A DNA stretch of 60,625 bases, the filler included, from Hausera hauseri (taxonomy: Eukaryota), in NCBI GenBank assembly GCA_046269625.1. It is 12 parts of 12 records of this genome, joined end to end, with 100 filler letters (N's around TTAATTAATTAA, not from the genome) between each part and the next. Parts side by side here need not be neighbours in the genome. Positions count along the whole stretch, not along the records: positions 48,308 to 52,438 come from JBJURY010741875.1; positions 52,539 to 60,625 come from JBJURY010784312.1; 10 more parts are not named here. The stretch is one strand, 5' to 3'. The position numbers and the translations under genes were made by a program. Each line of letters starts with the position of its first letter. Within the stretch, counting starts at the first letter, position 1. The notes beneath the pieces were generated by a model, which saw only the letters and a program-made list of their open reading frames with translations, was not told the DNA's origin and ran no database searches. This document shows positions 51,701 to 60,625 of the stretch, in pieces.

Positions 51701-52160
51701 GACACGGACAGTTTCATATACTACATCCAAACAGGTGATGTCTTTGAAAAGTTTACAAAATTGGCGCAGTATATGGATACCTCAGACTATCCGAAGGATC
51801 ATCCAAATTACTCAACCGTCAACAAGAAGGTCCTCGGGAAGTTTAAAGACAGAGTGAATGGGAAGATCATCACCCGTTTCGTTGAGTTGAGATCAAAAAT
51901 GTACGCCATCGATGTAAGTGGTCATGTAAAGAAGTGAGCTAAGGAAGTTCAAAGGGCCACATTAGCTAAAGACATAGGCTTTGTAAATTTTGAGAGAGTG
52001 TTGCGGAAACAAACTCACATCGTCAGCGAGATGAAGAGGATCCAGTCCCGGGAACATCAGATATCTACTATGAAAGAAAAGTCTCGATTGGTTCCATGAC
52101 AAAAGGCACATTTTTGAAGACGGAATCCACACACTACCTCATAGACATGTGGCATTGTAA
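48784..52160 (+). pseudogene. Maverick protein-primed family B DNA polymerase, near full length, decayed
   Basis: RGSSYIPLP; ExoI IIYCDF; RDHCHFTGIYRG..NNCNL insert; ExoII NLSGYDSHF; FIDSFRFM; ExoIII TDVLLLTDVFE; ERGIRGG; motif A YLNANNLYG; motif B KLYNNS; motif C YMDTDS; LGKFKD; LRSKMYA. Confidence 0.96.
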
Positions 52161-52538
52161 ATATTTTTATTCATTGTTATTCTTTGTTTAATAAATGTTG
52201 TATAGAAATATCGTGTTGTCTTCTTGATTAAGTAATGTGGAATATAGGATAAGGCCAAGTAAAACTAAGTAACTATTATATAGGTTAAGACCAACTAATT
52301 TCATAACACATTTATTTAGTAACAATATTACTTTGACATAACGCTAAGCACTTTTTTTAAGCACAATGTGAACTATGTTCACGATAAATACATGTAATGT
52401 TCTTTTGTATAGTTACCAATTTGTTACATTCATATTCANNNNNNNNNNNNNNNNNNNNNNNNNNNNNNNNNNNNNNNNNNNNTTAATTAATTAANNNNNN
52501 NNNNNNNNNNNNNNNNNNNNNNNNNNNNNNNNNNNNNN

Positions 52539-53324
52539 CGTTTTGTAGCGATCTTCCTCCTCTATCTCTACTTGCCAATATCCAGATTGTAAATCGAGCG
52601 TGGTAAACCATTTAGCTCCCGAAAGTGTGTCTAAAGCTTCCTTTACTCATGGTAACGGAAAAGAGTCCTTCATCATGAGTGTATTTAATGCTCAATAGTC
52701 GATACAAAATCGGTGCTTATTGGTGCCTTTTTTCTTAACCATGGGTATAGGAGAATACCAAGATCTGTAGCTTGGCCTTATTATGTCGGCCTTTAACATT
52801 GGTTCAACCTCTTTGGTTATCTCTGGCCTTAATGAGTGTGGCAGAGGATACCATTTCGGCATCTTTTGATCCTCTAGATCTATTTTATCGTTGAAACCGG
52901 GCTTTTTCTTAAGTGGAATCGTTAGTCTTAAAGTTTTGGCTCGGCCAATATTTTCTTCATCTCTCGCGATGATCGAGCTATAGCGACAAAGTAATTCGTA
53001 GAATCGACAGTATGATTCTGGTGAAAATGTAATCTCCACATGGGGTGGAAATTCGAAGCCTTTATACGGTTTCTCCTCGATCGCAATTGATGGCACTCTA
53101 TACGTGTGTCCTAGAGTGGTATTGGCGTACAGTTTGGTTGGAGTGAGCGCATTCCTCGCTATTCTGATTGGCACGCGGCCTGTTAATACTATTGTCAAAA
53201 CATTGCTGAGCACGAGGTTTGGATCGAGCAATTCCTTTGGTTCAAAATATATTGGCTGATCGTCATCCTGATGTATCTGATCATGTATTAGAATTTCTGT
53301 TCTAGATGGTATGGTTTCATCCAC
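52539..53324 (-). pseudogene. PR-RT linker and reverse transcriptase N-terminus (copy L)
   Basis: PKWYPLP..MLKADIIRPS..SPIPMVKKK..RFCIDY..KDSFPLP..FTTLDLQSGYWQV. Confidence 0.95.
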
Positions 53325-53399
53325 TGGAATCCATAATTCTCCAAATTTTCTGTCTTTAGTGGTTTTAACTCGTTTATTGGGCCAAGTTCTATCAACTTG

Positions 53400-53735
53400 C
53401 CTGCACTGAAATCGATTGCTATATTAAGTAGTTGTCTCAATAAGTCACACCCTAACACTACATCATCCGTTAGTTGCTCCATTACTGAAAATTCATGATG
53501 GAAGAATTGTCCCATTATGTAAATTTCTGGTTTCCAACGGAATTTACTTTCCGATGATTGTCCGAAAGCTCCAATGTTTCCTGGATCAGTCGTGGGAGGT
53601 GGATATAATTGTTCCCGTAGGAATTGTGGTATCGAATCACATTTTATCAGTGATATTTCAGACCCTGTATCTATTAGTGCGAAAACTTCCTAACATTCCA
53701 ATTGCATTTTTGCTAAGGGCCTGCCTTCAATTACT
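53400..53735 (-). pseudogene. Retropepsin aspartic protease (copy L)
   Basis: IEGRPLAKMQLEC*EVFALIDTGSEISLIK..DVVLGCDLL. Confidence 0.92.
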
Positions 53736-54399
53736 GTTCCGTAATAACTTAGTGCTGTTTTTGAGTGTCGTATCGTAGACACTTTGTAGCCGTTTATGGT
53801 AACTTCAGTGGTTCCACCTGGCTGCTCGATTACTTGTCTTAACTGTCCAATTGTGTATAGTTCGTTATTCGTGCCATTTGCATTTTCTACTCCTTGGCTT
53901 CTAACTGGCGGCTGAACATCTTGGTTTCGGAGATTGCGTGTCTCACAACTTCTGGTAAATATTGACTGCATTTGGTTTGGTCTAGGTACTCTAGGTGAAT
54001 ATATTATACCGTGATAATCGATCGCGAGGCGACGATGTGGGGCAGACGTTCTTTCCGTTTCGTGGATCTTACGCAATATCCCATAGCGTTTTGCTTCTTC
54101 GTAAGGATCCTCTAAGTTGAACGGTTTCCGATAAACGTCTGCCTGATACGAGCTCATTGATTGTTTCTCTCAATCTTCATATATATGTGCCGTTGGCTGC
54201 AGTATTGGTAATGGCAGTTTCATAACAGAGTAGTTTTTGTGCCTACTTGGCCTAGAGATTACATGTCCTTCCCTAGGCTGGTCATCGTCAAAAATTATTT
54301 CTTCTTGTCTTGCTATCTATGAATTTTTGCCTGTAATCGAATATGCATCTTTTACGTTTTCGATTATGGTAGCCAACATGTCGTTCCACAAGGTTTTCC

Positions 54400-56245
54400 A
54401 TTTACTCTCTTCATAAGCTTTTAAAAATTTGTCGAAGGGCGTAATAATAGCTGTTAAAATCTTGCACGAAAATCCTGTCATGGTGAATATCTCATATCCA
54501 TTTATGATTCCTTGAATTATGGCTTTTATTAGTTGAACTAAAAAGTGTATCGCTAAAAAACCTGACGCGGCCTGCCCGAATATCAGAAATCTTCCCCAAA
54601 TTTTGTATAAAATTTCTCTAGTTACCTTCCTGTAATAGCCAACACCGAGTAATGACTCCCATTTCGCCTGGTAGCGCGAGTCCCCTAGTATCGTATGCAT
54701 CGCTCTGTTTAATTCATATGGACGCTGGCGGGAAAAGCCAGAAATTGTCTAAACGCCTCTACTTCTTTTGGTCGGTAAATACCCTTAGTGGCTGTATCTT
54801 GAAACTTATCATCGGTTATTCCTTTTATCAGGTTTGTACACGTCAGTTTGGTAGGTGGTACGATAATACCGCCGTTCGGTAAACTTACCCAGTCGGTTTC
54901 GCTACGTCTAAACATCGGCTCTCCTAAGCTGGTTTTACAGTCTCTTAAAATTGTCGGTTGAGTGGTATTTGTCAACAACACTCTGGTAATTGGTGTTACT
55001 AATCTCGGTACGTCTTTATATATATCACTGGAAGCTCTTGTATACACCTTTTCGCTTCACATTAATCGGTACGTCTTTCCTCTCGCACTCATACGTCAAT
55101 AAAACCCCTCCTGTTACTCGTCCAAAAACACCTTCCTTCATCGGAATTATTGGCGATGCCAACTCACGATTGGCGTATATTAGAGCTAGTTTAGTTCTCA
55201 TGATTTCCAAATCTAACTTGCAGTCGTTTGTTATCATCTTGTGGCATAACTCGGCTATTTCGGCTTGTCCTTTATAGTAAAAATAGTCGCCTCTGTTCTT
55301 CAAATAGTCTTCAATCCGGATGTCTTGAGTCTCGAGTTTGAACGTTCTGGTGTTTATTTTTGTTTCGGCTGCGAAAAATGCTTCATAATTGGTGGCATTC
55401 ATTACAACGTCGCATCTGCTGAGCATAGCCTTCTTTACAAATTTTAATCCATGAGTATCAGAAATCAGTATCGTAAGTGTGGACTGCTCGGCTATATCAT
55501 CTCGTGTTTTAGAGTTAGTTTCCGTGCTACTTATATATCGTTTCCCTGTCGTCTCATTGAATTTAAGTTCTTTGATTCTGATAAAATTGCAATCAGTCTT
55601 GGCTGGGGTTCCAAATTACCACGGAACTTAGAAGCGGGCATGTGTCATCCTAAACGTGACACTTGTGGTTCTTGGTGTAGAGTTTAGTAACGCTATGAAA
55701 CATCACTTTCTGTATACGTATTTCAGTTTCGTAGAAATCCACTATTACGATGTTCGACTCTAATCCCTTTCCAGTACCGTATTCCGCACCGTAACAATGT
55801 CCGGTATGCATATCCAGTCTTCCTGCTGCTAATTCATAAACTCGAATTATTTTCCCTTGCTGCATTTCCATTTCCATACCGTCCCATTTTATTCCCCCCG
55901 TCTCTCTAGCTTGCTTACAATGCTGTCGCTCTAAATTCATCGGAATCATTAGGGTTGTTGGCTTGATTATTGATGAGTGTCCATGTACCAGTCCACAGTG
56001 GAAAATGTTGCGAGATCGCCGAAACATACATTCTACTCCGTCCAGGTAACTAGTTCGCGTTGTTGATTTAACACAACTTTTCTCTTTTGTTTCTAATCTG
56101 TGGGGCCTCGCATCTTCGCACATGTCCAAGTCCATTAACGAATATTTTTGGCCAAGTCTAAATTTGTCGCAATTATATACTGTGACTGCACCCATTTGTT
56201 TGATTAACGTCATCAAGGTCAAAAGTTTGATTAGCCAGTTTGATT
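54400..56245 (-). pseudogene. env: Chuvirus-like (class III-type) envelope glycoprotein, complete but disrupted (copy L)
   Basis: Signal-like WLIKLLTLMTLIKQMGA, then VYNC..YSLMDLDMC..FHCGLVHGHSSI..AGRLDMHTGHCYGAEY..NDCKLD..GGVLLTYEC..TPITRVL..GIYRPKEVEAFRQFLAFP..TM. The cysteine and motif order matches chuvirus G as I recall it. Confidence 0.82.
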
Positions 56246-59200
56246 AATTTCCTCTCCTATTTCCAGTTACGTTTCATAGCACATCTTCAAATCTATTGCC
56301 ATTTGAGAAGAATTTACTTTGATATTCTTCTTCTTTCCTTAATAACTTCGACCAGTTCACCTCCCGGGGTAGTTTTCTGGCAGCCTTCCTTGCCAAGCTA
56401 GTAGCCTTGTTGAATTCAATTTCCCGGTTTGGGTTAGTTTTGATTGCCAGATATAGTAATACTTTTCTTAATTCTTCTATGGTATTTTCCGTCATAATTC
56501 TATCAATCACCATCTCATCGCTTAAGATACTTCTGGATAATTTACACCGTAAGTTTCTCATGGCTTTGGCTGCATTAAATATAATCCTCTCTTTCTCATC
56601 TAATATATCACCGTCGAGATTAGAGTGGTTTACTGTTTGTATCAAATCCTTCATCAATTCGTTCAGTTCCTCATTATCCGCACTGAAAGTTGGTATAGAC
56701 ATCTGCCTCAACTCCTTAATTAGGTCTCCATTATAGTCGATTTCTTTTCGTATATTCCGTGATCTGCCGACAGGGCGCTTCTTTTTGTTACCGCAGGTAT
56801 ACTGCCGTCTTTTGGTACTAAATTTCTATCGTATTGTTCATTATCTTCGTCTGTCTGCAGGTACTCGAAATATACTGTTGCATCTCGTACTCCTATTATT
56901 CGTCCTACCTGCTTTTCTGCTTTAGCCTTCCTTATAGCCTCTTCCTTTGTTTGGTTTCTAGCGGTAGTTACCACTAATCGGTTTACCTCACCTGGGATAA
57001 TTCCGACTTCTGTTAATAATTCTGACTCATCTAGGATCATTCGTCTGAAATAAAGTCTATAACTCAGCTCATGGGCGTATCCATTAGCCTTTATCTACAG
57101 CAATACATCCTTTACAAAGGAGCAGGTAGTGAACTGTTGCTCCTTTTCCACCATCCAGTCTGATACTATCTTTACTGGGATTATTTCCTCCGCCTTCGTC
57201 TTTAAGATTTTAGCATATTCCTTAAGTAAGAGCTTAGGTACCGTATTAGAAATTGTGCCTTCGCTAGCTAATTTAGTTAAAGTGGGAACTAGACGTCTTA
57301 GTTGATTTTCAGTGAGGTTCATTTTAATTAATTGAATTAATTCTTTCTCGGTTTGTACCGGATCCAGGAGCATTCCTACGTTGAACCTTTGTTTTGGAGA
57401 ATATACCTCCGTTTTATCCGATCGTATTGGAGTTTTTGGATTCTCGGTAATTATTGAGTCAAAATATGCATCCAAATCTGGTTCGTTTTTATCGTCTGGC
57501 AATTGATAATCCCTTGACAGTGCATCGGTTGGCCTGTCCACACTTGCGGTCCATGTAGTTTTCCTGAGTTCTTGTAGTTTTTGTTGCATTTGGACCATTT
57601 TCGTCGTTCGGAAACATCGTCCATTAGCGGACGTTTGGTGGAGCAGTGTTAACAACAAACATAATTCTTCGGGTGAAATGAACCCCTTTTCTTGATATTT
57701 CTTTAGTTCCGACGTGACATTTCTTTGCCATCTTTGAACAAATTGTGACTTGTCAGCCTTTTCTGTTTCTGTAAGGGCGTATTTGTTTTTATAGGCTTTG
57801 CGTTCTCTAGCTAATTCATCTAATTTTATCGCTCTCTGTTTGGTATTAATGCAAGTTTCTTCGACTTGCTGTATTTATACCAACAATTGTCTTAGTTTCT
57901 CGTCACTAATTTCTGCCATTTCCGCCATCAGTAGTGCTAATTCGTACGTCTTGTTAATACTGTTTGAATCTGGATCTTTCGCATCTAATAACTTTTTTAC
58001 AAATTTGATCTCTTCAAAATTGAGGTGGCGGTCGTTCTTTATTTTAATCAGTTCGGTGTGAAGTCTGCTCCGTTCCATCTCTCCATTTTTGGGGACGATG
58101 TAAGAAGTGAACCCCTCTTCAACGACTGATCGGTCTTCGGGACAACAGTCTAAGGTTTCAAGATCTCGGATCGAAATTTCTTCGATAGGTTTGGCTGCAA
58201 GTATCGTATTCCTTTTAAGCGTACATCTCTCAGTCGCGGATAGAAATCACAAGTCGCATTTCGTTTCCGTACGAAATTTGTTTCTACGATCATCATATAT
58301 TTATCATCTAATATCATCATTTCTTGTTTCTTCTCCATAAAGTTCAATTGGCATAATGCCTCAAATTGAGTTCGGATGTCAATTTCTGCTCTTATTGTAT
58401 CTAGATTTCGAGCGTCTTCTTCTAACAGTTTCTTTACCGTAGGTTCGCTCTCCGGAAATTCGCTCTTTCGATTGTTAATCAGTTTACTCAACCTGGTTAT
58501 TACTTTGGTCCATTCGTTCAGTTGATTAGCGATTTCTGGCTTTGCCAATATTGCTTTATCTAACGTTTTGTAAGCGTCTTTTAGCTTATCATCCGGACCT
58601 TTAATGAAATGTATGATCCGGTAGACATAATCAAACTTGTCCTTGTACTTATCAAACTCGAGGATGCAAGCCATAATTATTTTGTGTGTTTCCTCGTTAT
58701 TGGTTTACATAATTCTATACTTTAGACCATATATCTGAGACCGTTTTTCGGTTTCGATCCTAATACGATTTTCCAAACTTGTATATTGCTTTGATGCCGT
58801 CGAAGCGACCTTTATCATTTCCATCAAGGGTGGAGTATCTATGGAATCTATGTCCAACATCCCTAGGTCATTTGCATCTCGTTCATTCATGACACGCTCC
58901 AAATTACGTACGGCTCTTTTCAATTTCGGGTTGGCTTCTAATGTAATTAATAGCGACTAAGCTTAATTGATTTTAGCTTCAATGTCTCGAGTAATTTTAT
59001 CCCACGTCTCTGGGAATTTTGTCTTGCTTTTGCTGCATCGTTCTAGTTCGTGTTTCCACTGAGTTAGTGTTTCCTTTGGCACTTCTTCGGGCTGATCTAA
59101 GTCTATAGCTTCGCTTAGTTTCCTTTCATTATATAATTTCATCTTTTTGTATAATCTTTCTATAAACTGCTGCTCCTTAGCGGAAATATCCACTTGTTCA

Positions 59201-60040
59201 CTCATTACCTTGAGTTTTTCTACGTTCTGTTGAACTGCCTCTGGGTTTAGACAGTCGGTTCTCATCCTTTTTTATTCATTGGCATTTTTCCACGAGCGTC
59301 TGATTTTCCACTTTTTAGGATCGAGTTTCTCTTCTTGTTCTATTTCCTCTTCACTAGTAGGTAAGGGACATATGTCGTTTATCTCATTTATAGATTTAGC
59401 TAGCTCATCCATTTCGCTTGGCGTAACTAAATTAATTTCCGGAACGTTCAAGACGCATTTGGTGTCGCTTTCTAGCGCGATTTTGCTTTCTCTCTTTGTG
59501 CTTTACTTCTCCTGAGTCATAGGGGATTTCGAACGATCCTTGCGTTTTCGTCTCAATGATGGGCTACGGCCTCTATTCTTGGTAATTTTAAGTATAAGTG
59601 GTTCCAGAAGTTCTTCTTTTTCGTCGGCCTCAGCCTCCTTGGTTACTTTTTTATAGTATACTCGGGTTCTACATCTAAATCTACTTCATCCGGGGTCTCA
59701 GGTTTTCCTGTTTCGTCCGACTGCTTGCTTGTCAAAGGAATGTTCTTTTTCCGTGTCATATCAGTAAGGCTTGGTGGAGCGATGGAGTGTTCATATTCCG
59801 TTTCAGGTTCACGCAAGTCATGGTAAACTTCTAATAATCGTAATTTGTGTTCGTACTCGTTTTTAGCCACTAAAACTTTGGGGTCCTTAGTATCGGGCTG
59901 GGCCTTTAAGAAGCATCGTAAATCATGTATCTCGATGATCATACCCGTGTCTCTACGGACACCGTAGATTGCTTCTAAATATTTGTTTTTAATTACACTA
60001 ATTTTACTAGGTTCGACAAACGAAACATTTTGCGGGTTTG
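56246..60040 (-). pseudogene. Unknown helical/coiled-coil domain X, ~1,250 codons (copy L)
   Basis: Chain of co-oriented K/E/L-rich ORF pieces from 59942 down to 56274, homologous to copy I. Confidence 0.8.
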
Positions 60041-60041
60041 G

Positions 60042-60430
60042 ACAGGATCGCGCTATGTTAAATTCGTGTCCACATGTATAACAAATTAGATTACCGTTTT
60101 TTCCGATTCTCTGCCGGCCATCTTCATTTTGTGGGGATTTCGATCTACTCGGATTTCTATTGTAGCCTTGCTACGATGGGGCTTGTTTACAGTCCACATA
60201 CTGGCGGTTATCGTAATTCCGGCTATTATTCTGACGATTAAAATTTTTGGAGCCCTCTAGGCGCCTATCTGTATGATAGTTTGATTTACTAGAGGAACTA
60301 TTACGACTATTATCGAAATTCTAATTACTGTATCGATCGTTTTTGCTATCATAATTCTTGTTTCGATCCCCATAATTCCTGTTAAATCGTCTATCATGAC
60401 TTTATAGATATTTTACGACAGATTGTTTTG
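60042..60430 (-). pseudogene. gag: Gag C-terminus: R/N/S-rich region and zinc knuckle (copy L)
   Basis: CYTCGHEFNIARSC at 60042-60083 (CX2CX4HX4C spacing with H replaced by N), preceded by an RNYDR-type low-complexity stretch. Confidence 0.8.
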
Positions 60431-60625
60431 GGTCGTCTGGATATCGGAAGACAAAAACAGCGACTAAATAAGTATCGAGATGCTCTTGTGAATATGGCTA
60501 AGGCCATGAGTAATGCAGCAAAGAAACGAGCTCTGAAAAATTACTTTCCCGTGGAAAAAATAAAATGGAAAAGAGGGAAAAAGAAAATCGAAAACCAACA
60601 ACAATATTATGCATCGCCAGAAATT

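Larger units (their letters stand above)
52539..60430 (-). mobile_element. Env-before-pol Ty3/Gypsy element, copy L (Gag NC - X - glycoprotein - spacer - PR - RT start)
   Basis: All domains lie in this order on one strand of one contig over 7.9 kb. Confidence 0.92.

Noticed and set aside
53690-56276. Programmed stop read-through or an alternative genetic code in copy L
   Set aside because: The stops are of all three types and correspond to different sense residues (R, E, C, W) in the other copies, as expected for random decay.
60440-60625. Plus-strand open stretch at the window end as part of the element's gag
   Set aside because: Opposite strand, with only a 4-residue resemblance (NMAK) to copy I; too little to assign.

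Overview
This window is not one locus. It is 12 unrelated contigs joined by 100-bp artificial linkers (N44-TTAATTAATTAA-N44): A 1-4028, B 4129-11700, C 11801-16193, D 16294-20314, E 20415-24870, F 24971-29069, G 29170-33208, H 33309-39367, I 39468-44093, J 44194-48207, K 48308-52438, L 52539-60625. The DNA is eukaryotic, apparently from several animals (a fish-like collagen exon in C, AT-rich invertebrate-like DNA elsewhere). It is dominated by decayed mobile and viral elements: Tc1/mariner (maT, mariner), a hAT-like transposase, LINE fragments, ordinary Ty3/Gypsy remnants and several Maverick/Polinton fragments (integrase, capsid genes, adenain protease, PC4, pPolB, dUTPase). The main discovery candidate is a Ty3/Gypsy-type retroelement family seen as three diverged copies (H, I, L). 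It carries a chuvirus-like fusion glycoprotein between Gag and the protease rather than as a 3' env ORF. Comparing the copies suggests one ancestral reading frame: Gag(CCHC) - ~1,250-aa unknown helical domain - internal signal peptide - glycoprotein - TM - ~230-aa spacer - PR - RT - RNaseH - IN. All family assignments come from motif recognition by eye; no database search was run.
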